A stretch of 64,000 nt of DNA from Eledone cirrhosa (lineage: Eukaryota): contig OZ024743.1 in assembly GCA_964016885.1 (NCBI GenBank), positions 237,336,001 to 237,400,000 of the forward strand, written 5' to 3'. The notes under the pieces are model-generated. The model was given only the letters and a program-made list of their open reading frames with translations, made no database searches and was not told the DNA's origin. Shown one piece after another: positions 37,798 through 52,000 of this stretch. Both the position numbers and the translations under genes were made by a program. Position 1 is the stretch's first letter; each line of letters begins with the position of its first letter.

Positions 37798-40700
37798 CCA
37801 CCACCATCATATCACCACCACTACCACCACCACCACTACCATCGCCACCACCACCATCATCACCATCACCAACACCTCCATCATCACCACCATCACCACC
37901 ATCATCAACATTATCATTACCACCTACCTCCCACTCCACTTCTGGGGATAAACTTTTCATTAAAACTACATTCATCCAGTTATTAATTTCATTAACTTTT
38001 AAGGTCAAGACTTCTGGTGTCTTTGGCCCTAGGACCACCTCCCTCACACCACCATTGACCTCTGGTGTCCTTGGCCCTAGGACCACCTCCCTCACACCAC
38101 CATCAGCTTCTGGTGTCCTTGGCCCTAGGACCACCTCCCTCAGACCTCCATTGACTTCTGGTGTCCTTGGGCCTAGGACCACCTCCCTCACACCACCATT
38201 GACCTCTGGTGTCCTTGGCCCTAGGACCACCTCCCTCACACCACCATCAGCTTCTGGTGTCCTTGGCCCTAGGACCACCTCCCTCAGACCTCCATTGACT
38301 TCTGGTGTCCTTGGCCCTAGGACCACCTCCCTCACACCACCATTGACCTCTGGTGTCCTTGGCCCTAGGACTACCTCCCTCACACCACCATTGACTTCTG
38401 GTGTCCTTGGCCCTAGGACCACCTCCCTCACAGCACCATTGACCTCTGGTGTCCTTGGCCCTAGGACTACCTCCCTCACACCACCATTGACCTCTGGTGT
38501 CCTTGGCCCTAGGACCACCTCCCTCACACCACCATTGACTTCTGGTGTCCTTGGCCCTAGGACCACCTCCCTCACACCACCATCAGCTTCTGGTGTCCTT
38601 GACCCTAGGACCACCTCCCTCACACCACCATTGACCTCTGGTGTCCTTGGCCCTAGGACCACCTCCCTCACACCACCATTGATCTCTGGTGTCCTTGGCC
38701 CTAGGACCACCTCCCTCACACCACCATCAGCTTCTGGTGTGGTTGGCCCTAGGACCACCTCCCTCACACCACCATTGACCTCTCGTGTCCTTGGCCCTAG
38801 GACCACCTCCCTCTCACCACCATTGACCTCTGGTGTCCTTGGCCCTAGGACCACCTCCCTAACACCACCATTGACCTCTGGTGTCCTTGGCCCTATGGCC
38901 ACCCCCCTCACACCACCATTGGCTTCTGGTGTCCTTGGCCCTAGGACCACCTCCCTCACACCCATTGACCTCTGGTGTCCTTGGCCCTAGGACCACCTCC
39001 CTCGCACCACCATTGACCTCTGGTGTCCTTGGCCCTAGGGCTACCCCCCTACTCTCCACCATTGGCTTCTGGTGTCCTTGGCCCTAGGACCACCTCCCTC
39101 ACACCACCATCAGCTTCTGGTGTCCTTGGCCCTAGGACCACCTCCCTTACACCACCATTGACCTCGTGTCCTTGGCCCTAGGACCACCTCCGTCACACCA
39201 CCATTGACCTCTGGTGTCCTTGGCCCTAGGACCACCTGCCTCACACCACCATTGACTTCTAGTGTCCTTGGCCCTAGGACCACCTCCCTTACACAACCAT
39301 TGACCTCTGGTGTCCTTGGCCCTAGGACCACCTCCCTCACACCGCCATCAGCTTCTGGTGTCCTTGGCCCTAGAACCACCTCCCTACTCACCACCATTGA
39401 CCTCTGGTGTACTTGGCCCTAGGACCACCTCCCTCACACCACCATTGACCTCTGTTGTCCTTGGCCCTATGACCACCTCCCTCACACCACCATTGACCTC
39501 TGGTATTCTTGGCCCTATGGCCACCCTCCTCACACCACTATTGGCTTCTGGTGTCCTTGGCCCTAGGACCACCTCCCTCACACCCATTGACCTCTGGTCT
39601 CCTTGGCCCTAGGACTACCTCCTTCACGCCACCATTGACCTCTGGTGTCCTTGGCCCTAGGGCCACTCCCCTACTCACCACCATTGGCTTCTGGTGTCCT
39701 TGGCCCTAGGGCCACCTCCCTACTCACCACCATTGACCTCTGGTGTCCTTGGCCCTAGGACCACCTCCCTCACACCACCATCAGTCTCTTGGCCCTAGGA
39801 CCACCTCCCTACTTACCCCGATTGACTTCTGGTGTCCTTGACCCTAGGGCCACCTCCTTACTCACCACCATCAGCTTCTGGTGTCCTTGGCCCTAGGATC
39901 ACCGCCCTATTCCCCACCATTGACCTCTGGTGTCCTTGGCCCTAGGGACACCTCCCTACTCACCCCCATCAGCTTCTGGTCTCCTTGACCCTAGGCCCAC
40001 CTCCCTACTGACCACCTACTGACACAGAATAAGTGGGAGAAGGATGAAAAATTACTAGAAGACAATTCAAAATGTCAGAGGATTTGAGAAATTCTGGTAT
40101 AGGAAGGTGTTGGATTGAATGTGACCTGGGTCTCTTAGTACCACCAGACTATACAGTTGAGGGCTATAGAAACTTGCTCTTGTTAATATGGGGATAGGTT
40201 TAACCCTTTAGCATTTGCATTACTCTATATTTACTATTGTATTTTCACAGTAAAGGCTTTATCTTACATAATTATCTCAAGTAATATCGAATCTACGAGA
40301 TTTTGATGTCATTTATTTTGAGAACAATACCTTAACATAAGTATGAGTGACGAGTTACAGCCGGTTTGAACAGAAAGAGGTGAGAGAGTTCTGGCCGGTC
40401 TAAATGCTAAAGGGTTAACTAATATTGGATGACAATTCAAAATGAAGGGGAATTAGGGAAACCTTGGATTGCAAAGGGAGGAATCTTTCCCAGGTCTCTG
40501 AGAACCCCTTATTTAAAATATATTAGGTTATTTTGGACCTGTGAAAACTTCAGTAGAATAATTGTTTCTACTTTTGGCACAAGGCCAGCAATTATCCCAG
40601 TATATTACTGGTACTTTATTTTATCGATCCCGTAAGGTTGAAAGGCAAAATGAACCTTACGAGATTTGAACTCAGACTATAAAGGGGTGTAACTCTATGC

Positions 40701-43071
40701 TGCAAAGCATGGCGTCCGACCTTCTACCGATACTGCCAATCCACCGCCATAATAATATGTATCAATTAACTTTTGTTATTTTGCAATTTATTACATCTCT
40801 TTAAAGCTAAACTCTATTTCTGTTGCAGAACATGTGTATTAATGAAACTGTCCAAAGTTTAAAGTCTCTAACTTTAATAAATGACCGATGTTTAGAATTG
40901 CAGAAATCAAAGAAAAGTAAGATTTTCTTTAAAATGTATTCAGGGAAATTTTGTTTCATTTAAAGAGTTTTTTAAATTTTTTTTTTAAACATAGATTAAT
41001 TTATTTTGGTTTCTATGCTGTTTAACCCTTTACCATTTACATTACTCTATATATACTATTGTATTTTCACGGTAAACACTTTATCTCACATAATATTGAA
41101 TCTACAAGATTTTGATATTATTTATTTTTAGAACAATACCTTAACATAAGTATGAGCAACCAGTTATGGCCAGTTAAAACAGAAAGAGGTGAGAGAATTC
41201 TGGCTGGATACAGCCAGTTTGAATGCAGCTAGAATTAAAGTAGACTATCACCTGGTTTTGGAGTGCCTATTGCAGACTCCCCTCTCATGTAAACATTCTG
41301 GATTGGGGATATTCTCCATAGAAGATCTGGAAAAACAAAATATTATGAGCAATACCCTTCTCTCTTGAAAATAGCCTTTTACTGATTTGTTATGACTTTC
41401 ATCCACTAAGGCACATGGCTTAGTGGTTAGAGCATTGGGCTTGCAATCGAATGGTTGTGAGTTCAATTCTCGGACTGGGTGATGTGTTGTTTCCTTGAGC
41501 AAGACACTTTATTTCACGTTGCTCCAGTTTACTCAGCTGTAGAAATAGGATGATAGGACTGGGGTCCCTATCATTAAATCACCCAAGACACCTTCAACGA
41601 GATATACCTTGGAGGAGGCCGGCTAAGCCTGCAGAGGTGTGAGCTGTAACAACAACAACAACTACTAAACACCACAGCTACTGTAGGTAACCATCCAACC
41701 CTAGAAATCCTTAAAAGGAAACACTCTATCCATTATTCATATAACAGTTGTTCCTTTATTAGGATGTTTTATTGTATCTTCTTTCCATTAAAGAAAAAAC
41801 TACAACATTTTGTATAGTCATGCTGAGTTGCCCCTCCCCAGAGGATGGTGAGGGACATGTGCTGTAGAATTAATGCCAGACCTTTAAATGCCCCCAAAAC
41901 ATAAAATAAAGAAGGATTTTCTTTTATTTTATTTCAGCAGGCTCCGGTTCCACAGATAAACAGGCAAAGAAACGGAAGCAGGCTAACTGTCCTTTCTATA
42001 AAGTAGAGAGAATTGAGCATTACAGAGATAGAATTTTAGTAAGTTTTTACATTTATTGTTGGACCATATGAGTCATCATCATCATCACCACCATCAGTAC
42101 TGCCATCATCATCATCATCACCACTACCACCATTACACCACCACCATCATCACCGCCATCATCATCACCGCCATCATCACCACCACCATTGCCATCATCA
42201 CCACCACTACCATCATCATCATCATCACCACCATCAATTTTACGTCTGCATGGGTATGGGTTCCACACTTGCATGGGTATGGGTTGGACAGGTCCTTCTC
42301 AGCCCAGCATCTCTCTACTCACCGAGTTTCTTCATCTCTTCTGTAAGATTCGGGGATTTGAGATCAGCTCTCATCATGCATATATATAATAATAATAATA
42401 ATGAAATTATTGTGTACAGTGCTCAGGTGCACTACAACTCATCAAAGGTGCATGTATAGTACATAGAATAATGTACAAATGTCAGGAAAATAAACAGTGT
42501 ACGAGTCATGATATAATAACAATAACGAAATATTGTGCACAGTGCCCAGGTGCACCACAACTCATCAAAAAAGTGCATGTACAGTACATAGGGCAATGCA
42601 CAAACATCAGTAAAATGAACAGTGCACGAGTCATGATACACACATGTGTGCATGTGTATGGAAGGGGTACATCAGGTGTAGTTTTGGCGTATTTTGGGAA
42701 GCATGAGTGTCTTAAAGGATGCAGTGTCTCGGCAGCTAACAATTGACGCAGGCAGTTTGTTCCATGCTTCAGCAATTCTGAGTGTATATATATATATATA
42801 ATCATCATCGTTTATCGTTTAACGTCTATCTTCCACGCTAGCATGGGTTAGACGGGAGTTGTCCCACTTGAGGCAAGGTTGGTCGGGTGACCGTGTCTTG
42901 CTCATATAGGACTATCTGGCAGGTTTTCTATCGCTAACACCAACCACATTTACAGTGTGGAACTGGGAACTTTTTACCGTGTTACCTACACGGCCACATT
43001 ACAGCGTGGACCGTGTTTTTTTTGTTGTGACACCTACACGATCTCATTAGTTTGGACTGGATGTTGTGATT

Positions 43072-43105
<34 letters not shown>

Positions 43106-45514
43106 AATATATATATATATATATGTATATCATCATCATCATCGTTTAACATCCATCTTCCATGCTAGCATGGGTTAGACAGTTTTGTTCCATTTGAAGC
43201 AAGATTGGTCGGGAGACTATGTCTCGCTCATACGGAACTGTCTCTGGCAGGTTTTCTATGGTTGGATGCCCTTCCTAACACCAACCACATTTACAGTGTG
43301 GACTGGGAGCCTCTTTTCCATGTCTCCTACACGACCAATTTACAGTGTGGACTGGGTGCTTTCTGTTGTGTCACCAACATAGTGGATGGAAATGGGAGGA
43401 TGGAGTAGGATATGTGGGGTGGGGTGTCTAATGGGTTAAGAGGTGCCTACTGACTAGGTTTGTATGCAAGGGCAGTCGGGTCTTCTGTACAACTGTAACA
43501 CGAACACTTGTGACTAGAATTGTCAGGGGTCCAACGCAATCTTCTTCTCCCACTTATTCTTGAGAGGGTCGTGGGGTCAGAGTCCTTAAACACTCCCTCC
43601 GGTGGGTCCTGTCAGAAACTACCATCTCCAACTGACCCAGATGGATCCCCAAGCAAGACTAGCCAAGTTCAAGGATGTTATTCAACCATTTTGCTCATGG
43701 TCTACCCCTGGGTCTCCTGCTGGCTGGTTTTGCCCATAAAATCTGTTTGTACTTTGAAGGAAAATAGTTGAGAAAGACAGGTTTTCTATGTAGCAGAAGC
43801 TGTTGTTGTTTAGATCCTGCTCAGGCCAGATCCAGCTGGCAGCAGACCTATCATAGACACTCCAATCATAACCATCTAGTCGTACTTTCAGATAAAGTGT
43901 ATCTTGGACTGCATTATCAAATGTGCCTTACCTTTGTAAATTTTGGATTGACTTAACCCTTTGGATACTAAACTACCAGAAACTGCTCCTAGTTCCTTGA
44001 TACTAGGCTCTTATTTTAAACTATTTATATTTAATTTGTTTATTGTTTTGTAGACTGAAGTTCGAGATATTGAGCAACTAGTCAACCTTGGAAAACAGAT
44101 GAAATGTTGTCCCTATTATGGTACTCGTTTTAGTGTTGCTGCATCTGAAGTAAGTTTTCTTTCATAAAGTAGCTGCTGTGTGTGTAAAGAACAGTTTTAT
44201 TCACATGGCCGTCCTAGACCACACTTAGAAAACCTTGGTTAATCAGGTTTAGGTCATTCTCTGACCCACAGAAGTGCTCTCTATTCGTTGTTGTTGTTGT
44301 TGTTGTTACAGCTCACACCTATGTGTGTGTGTGACAGCTCACACCTATGTGTGTGTGACAGCTCACACCTATGCAGGTTTAGCTGGCCTCCTCCAAGGTA
44401 TATCTCGTTGGAGGTGTCTTGGGTAATTTAATGATATGGACCCCAGTCCCTATCATCTCATTTCACCAGCTGAGTAAACTGGAGCAATGTGAAATAAATT
44501 GTCTTGCTCAAAGAAACAACACATCACCCGGTCTGAGAATTGAACTCACAACCTTTCGATTGCAAGCCCAATGCTCTAACCACTAAGCCATGTGTGAAGA
44601 TATATTTATAAATAATGCGTGTATGTGTCGGTGTGTGTGAGTGCATACATAAAGTATATGCCTGTGCATGTTTAAATATATTTATACACTCATATATGTG
44701 CATGTGTATATATGTGTAGATATATTTAAAAATCGTGTGTATGTGAAGATAAATGTATGTGTGTGCATACATAAAGTTATATGTATGTCTGTGCATGTTT
44801 AAATATGCGCCTTCACTATTCCCTTTACCTTTAATAGTATTATATAAACAAATGGTCTTTTGAGGGTACTAAACTCATAACACTTCCCCTCTGGTGCTCT
44901 TGACTCACATCACCCATGTTGTTATGTCCCCTCCACACACCAACCATTATGCCCAGTCCTTCCTACTTAATATTATTGTCATATTGTTATTATTCACTCA
45001 CGAATACATTTAAGTATCCACCATGTTAGAGCGAAAACAATTTTTTGTTTTTATATATATGTATTTCATCATCATCACCATTTTACATCCGTTCTTCCAT
45101 GCTAGCATGGGTTAGACGAGTTATCCTGTTGTGGGCAGTGTCCAGTCGGCTGACCTTGTCTTGCTCATACGTGAACTGATTCTGGCATGATTTCTACAGC
45201 TGGATGCCCTTCCTAACACTAACCTCATTTACAGTGAGTGCTGGGTGCTTTTTTGCCATGGCACCTCCATGTCCACTTTACAGTGTGGGCTGGGTGCTTT
45301 TTTGCCGTGACACCTCCATGTCCACTTTACAGTGTGGGCTGGGTGCTTTTTTGCCGTGGCACCTCCATGTCCACTTTACAGTGTGGGCTGGGTGCTTTTT
45401 GCTGTGGCACCTCCACGACCACTTTGCAGTGGGAGGGTGTGGGGGCATATTGTCTCTATGCTTCAGCTTCAGCTTGTACCCTTGGGAAGTCTGGTCTTCT
45501 GTATATTTATATAT

Positions 45515-45585
<71 letters not shown>

Positions 45586-46044
45586 CACACACATATATAC
45601 ATCATCATCATCATCATTTCATTTTACGTCTGCTTTTTCCCTGCTTGCAAGGGTGGGACGGGAACTGATTTTGGCTTGATTTCTACAGCTGGATGCCCTT
45701 CCTAACACCAACCTCATTTACAGTGAGTGCTGGGTGCTTTTTTTTGCCGTGGCATCTCTACGAGCACTTTGCAGGGGAATGATATGGACCCCAGTCCCTA
45801 TCATCTCATTTCTACAGCTGAGAAAACTGGAGCAATGTGAAATAAAGTGTCTTGCTCAAGGAAACAACACATCACCCGGTCTGAGAATTGAATACATATG
45901 TACATATATATATATATATATTAAAAAAAGACACCAAATATATTAACACATTAAATGCTGATTAACGAACGTTTCATCCCCTCCTGGGACTTTTTATATT
46001 GTTTTTGTGAAAAACGATATATATTTCACACACACACATATATA

Positions 46045-46089
<45 letters not shown>

Positions 46090-49000
46090 ATATATATATA
46101 TGTGTGTGTGTGTGTATATATATATATATGTGTATGTGTGTGTGTATATATATGTGTGTCTCTATTTTTAGATTGTTGCCTTACCGTACAACACGATACT
46201 TCACCGTACAACACGAGAGTCCTGTGGAATTAAACTTAAAGGAAATATTGTAATAATAGATGAAGCTCACAATTTATTAGAGACCATCAACAATATTCAC
46301 AGTGTTGAAGTGTTTGGATCACAAGTAAGACAATTTTTACCTCATACACTCCATCTTGCGGGAGTATTCTCAACAACATTTGTTTTACTGTTTCATGGCT
46401 GGGATGTACCTGAGACACAATAGCCCAAAGGTGACATATTTCATCAGGTAGTGACTGTCATCATCTATGAAGTTTCTGTTGTAACTGTGGCAACCCTGGC
46501 TTTTCATCATCATCGCCACCACTGTCACCATCACTACCATCATCATCATCACTATCATCATCATCATCACCATCATTGTCACTATCACCACCACCCCCCA
46601 TCATCATCATCATCATCACCACCACCATCATTATCATCACCACCATCACCATCATTGTCACCATCACCACCACCCTCATCATCACCACCACCACCATCAT
46701 TATCATCATCACCATCACCACCATCATTGTTTTACGTCTGTTTTTCCATGCTGGCATGGGTTTGACAGGTCATCACATTCTGAGACTAGACTGGTCAGAG
46801 GACCCTATCATGCTCATACATTCTATTTTGTTGGGTTTCTATGGCTGGATACCCTTTCTAGCATCAACCACTTTACAGGATGTACTGGATGTGTTTTATC
46901 GAGGTTCCAACACTATATTTCAATTATTGTGACTGGGTGCACTCTGTCATGGCACCAGCACTACCGTTTATGATGTGCACTGGGTACATATTTATGACGC
47001 AAGATTCTTTAGCTGTGTCAAGTACATGACGACCTCCCTAGTGCTGGGTACATATATCTTTCCAACAACAACCCTGCGCTCCTTTTTAAATTCCAGAATG
47101 TTAGATTGGCTCCTCCTCCTTCCTGAGAGGGTCGTGGGGGCAGCGTTCTCAAACACTCCCCCCAGCAAGTCCTGTCAGAAGTAACCATCTCCAACTGATC
47201 CAGCTGGATCCCCAAGTGAGACCAGAGATTCTTTCCTGAGACATTCTAACCACATGCCCATAGTATCAGAGCTGTGACCTCTCAATCCAAAGATTCTTTC
47301 TTGAGACATTCTAACCAAATGCCCATATTATCAGAGCGGTGATCCCTCAATTCAGAGATTCCTTCCTGAGACATTCTAACCAAATGCCCATATTATCAGA
47401 GCGGTGATCCCTCAATTCAGAGATTCCTTTCTGAGACATTCTAACCACATGCCCACATTATCAGAGCTGTGATCTCTCAATTCAGAGATTCCTTCCTGAG
47501 ACATTCTAACCACATGCCCATAGTATCAGAGCGGTGATCTCTCAATTCAGAGATTCTTTCCTGAGACATTCTAACGACATGCCCACATTATCGGAGCTGT
47601 GATCTCTCAATTCAGAGATTCTTTCCTGAGACATTCTAACCACATGCCCATAGTATCAGAGCTGTGATCTCTCAATTCAGAGATTCCTTCCTGAGACATT
47701 CTAACCAAATGCCCATAGTATCGGAGCTGTGATCTCTCAATTCAGAGATTCTTTCCTGAGACATTCTAACCACATGCCCATAGTATCAGAGCGGTGATCT
47801 CTCAATTCAGAGATTCTTTCCTGAGACATTCTAACGACATGCCCACATTATCGGAGCTGTGATCTCTCAATTCAGAGATTCTTTCCTGAGACATTCTAAC
47901 CACATGCCCATAGTATCAGAGCGGTGATCTCTCAATTCAGAGATTCTTTCCTGAGACATTCTAACGACATGCCCACATTATCGGAGCTGTGATCTCTCAA
48001 TTCAGAGATTCTTTCCTGAGACATTCTAACCACATGCCCATAGTATCAGAGCTGTGATCTCTCAATTCAGAGATTCTTTCCTGAGACATTCTAACCACAT
48101 GCCCATAGTATCAGAGCGGTGATCTCTCAATTCAGAGATTCTTTCCTGAGACATTCTAACGACATGCCCACATTATCGGAGCTGTGATCTCTCAATTCAG
48201 AGATTCTTTCCTGAGACATTCTAACCACATGCCCATAGTATCAGAGCGGTGATCTATCAAATCAGAGAAAATCATGTTTTAAATCCTTTCCTAACATCAC
48301 TATCATTGTAGTGTATCTGTGCTTGTCTTTCATCATCATTTAACGTCTGCTTTCCCTGCTAGCAAGGGTTGGATGGGTCTACATAGACCAAGTCAGTACT
48401 GAAGCATAGCCACTGATCTCCCAGGCAGGCCAGGGATATGAGGTCTCACTTATGTATGGTTGTACATATCCTTGAGTGCTCAGGAGAGGCTGTCATACCT
48501 TTGACACAACTGAGGGTCCTCCGAACCGTTTTGTCTGACAGCTGGATACCCTTCCTATCACCAACACTGGGGGGGTTATATCCATGACATGACTGAAGGG
48601 TCCTCCCAACCCTTTGTTAAATTTGATTCTATGATATTTTCCATTCCAGCTCTGCCAAGCCCATTCTCAGTTGAGCCAGTATGTCCAGAGATATCGCACT
48701 AGATTAAAAGCCAAGAATTTAATGTATACCAACCAGATTCTGTTTGTGTTATCCAGATTTGTCACTTATATTGGAGGTTTGTAGTAACTAGATGTTCTTT
48801 AACCCTTTAGCATTTAAACTGGCCATATCTGGCCAGAATTCTCAAACATCTTTCTGTTCAAACCAGCCTTAACTAACCACTCATACTGATGTAAACGTAT
48901 TGTTCTCAAAATAAATATCAAAATCTCATAGATTCAACGTTATGTGAGATAATATCATAATCTATAAAGCTCAGTGTGTGGTCATGCTCCTTCGTTATAG

Positions 49001-52000
49001 AAATCTACGATATAGAATTTCTTCAATTGAAATTTACAATGCAGCATTCAAAATAGTTTCGATTGCGTCTTGAGGCAGATAATTTTTTCAATTTCACCCA
49101 CAATTATGCAAAAAATAGATAAAACTCAATATTTTACGATTTTTCTCTCTCATTTAAACTGATGAACTCTTTCTACTACCATTCAAAATCTATACAACTT
49201 CATACTTTCTGCTACTTTCTCTTTCCAAGCATGATGGTGATACTGTCCGTTCACACCACTCCCTACTGTCTTAAATTTAGAAAACACATATCCTCTATGA
49301 GGTTACTAAACCTGCTAGAAACAGCAGCTAACTCTCCCCCATATCACACCCCTCCCTACTGTCTTAAATTTAGAAAACATATCTTCTATGAGGTCACCAA
49401 ACCTGCTAGAAACAGCAGCTAACTCTCCCCCATATCACACCACTCCCTACTGTCTTAAATTTAGAAAACACATATCCTCTATGAGGTCACTAAACCTGCT
49501 AGAAACAACAGCTAACTCTCCCTCATATCACAACCCTCCCTACTGTCTTAAATTTAGAAAACACACAGACAACCATGCAGAACAACTCCATCGCAGCTCT
49601 GTTGTTCGGCTGGCATCGTCTACGCGCGTGTTGCGCAAGTACTGTGAAACAATAAATTTCAATACTTTTTTGCACAGAGATAATATCCAGAGGCGAAACT
49701 ACAATTGTCACTGCTGGCGCAGCTCATGCTTCCAGGTCTGCAATTCATTCACCTAGTGCCTGGCAGACAAAAAAGTGCTGCCATAAAATGGGTGGTGGAA
49801 CCTAACTTTGGTAACTTAATGACCCCGAGCAACGCCGGGCTTTAATGCTAGTGTAAGATAAAGCCTTTACTTTGAAAATACAATAGCATATATAGAGTAA
49901 TGTAAATATTTACGGCCCTTTATGGTCTGAGTTCAAATCCCGCCAAGGTTGACTTTGCCTTTCATCCTTAAGGGGTCGATAAAATAAAGTACCAGTAATA
50001 CACTAGGATAATTGATGGCCTTGTGCCAAATATAGAAACAATTATGTGATGTAAAGCCTTTACTGTGAAAATACAATAGTATATATAGAGTAATGTAAAT
50101 GTTATGTGAGGTAAAGCCTTTACTGTGAAAATACAATAGTATATATAGAGTAATGTAAATAATATGTGAGATATGTGAGGTAAAGCTTTTACTGTGACAA
50201 TACAATTGTATATATAGAGTAATGTAAATGTTATGTGAGATATTATGTGAGGTAAAGCCTTTACTGGGAAAATATAATAGTATATATATAGAGTAATGTA
50301 AATGTCATGTGAGATATGTGAGGTAAAGCCTTTACTGTGAAAATACAATAGTATATATAGAGTAATGTAAATGTTATGTGAGGTAAAGCCTTTACTGTGA
50401 AAATACAATAGTATATATAGAGTAATGTAAATAATATGTGAGATATGTGAGGTAAAGCCTTTACTGTGAAAATACAATAGTATATATAGAGTAATGTAAA
50501 TGTTATGTGAGATATTATGTGAGGTAAAGTCTTTACTGTGAAAATACAATAGTATATATAGAGTAATGTAAATGTTATGTGAGGTAAAGCCTTTACTGTG
50601 AAAATACAATAGTATATATAGAGTAATGTAAATGGTAAAGGGTTAAGGGATTCTCTAATTGGTTTGGTATTAATTTAGAGTAATTTCTATTTATTTGCCA
50701 CCAGGGTATCAAAGATTGGGACAAATACAAAGGGGGGAGTTTACATACATTTAAAAAGACGTAAAAAAACACAACAAATGGTTTGGTATTAATTTAGAGT
50801 ATTACAGGTTGGTATCTGTAGATCACCATTACTGTTTGATGTTTACTAGATGAGATGTCTCTCTCTCTAAACAAATGACGTTCCTTCTCTCTATTTATAT
50901 ACATCTCTTTCACTTGGCTCTCCTCCCCTCTCTATATAGATGAGGGTGAATTCATAACTTTCTGTCTATCTACCTCTTTCTGTCACACAGCATTCCCTTC
51001 CCTCTATATATGTACATATCTCTCACTTGGTGCTCCCCCTCTCTCTATATATGTACATATCTCTCACTTGGTGCTCCCCCTCTCTCTATCTATGTACATC
51101 ACTCACTTGTTGCTCTCCCTCTCTCTATCTATGTACTTATCTCTCACTTGTTGCTCCCCTTCTCTCCATCTATGTACATATCTCTCACTTGGTGCTCCCC
51201 CTTCTATCTATGTACATATCTCTCACTTGGTTCTCCCCCTCTCTCTATCTATGTACATATCTCTCACTTGGTTCTCCCCCTCTCTCTATCTATGTACATA
51301 TCTCTCACTTGGTTCTCCCCCTCTCTCTATCTATGTACATATCTCTCACTTGGTGTTCCCCCTCTCTCTATATATGTTCATATCTCTCACTTGGTGCTCC
51401 CCCTCTCTTTATATAAGTACATATCTCTCACTTGTTGCTCTCCCTCTCTCTATCTATGTACTTATCTCTCACTTGGTGCTCTCCCTCTCTCTATCTATGT
51501 ACATATCTCTCACTTGTTGCTCCCCCTCTCTCTATCTATGTACTTATCTCTCACTTAGTGCTCTCCCTCTCTCTATCTATGTACATATCTCTCACTTGGT
51601 GCTCCCCTTCTCTCTATATATGTACATATCTCTCACTTAGTGCTCCCCCTCTCTATATAAAATGAGTAATTTCTATTTATTTGCCACCAGGGCATCAAAG
51701 AGTGTGACAAACAGACAGAGTTAAATCAACAAAAAATATGATTTGAAATAATTATTTGTGTAGATAGAAAACAAAGATTGTAGGAAGTGAAAAAAAGTAG
51801 CATCATCATCATCATCATCATTGTTTAACGTCCATCTTCCATGCTAGCATGGGTTAGACGGGAGTTGTCCCACTTGAGGCAAGGTAGGTCGGGTGACCGT
51901 GTCTCGCTCGTATAGGACTATCTGGCAGGTTTTCTACGGCTGGATGTCCTTCCTAACACCAACCACATTTACAGTGTGGACTGGGAACTTTTTACCATGT

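Noticed and set aside
37465-39709. His-rich ORF and 311/425-aa repeat ORFs as genes
   Set aside because: They arise from intronic microsatellite and a 48-bp minisatellite, so the open frames follow from unit length.
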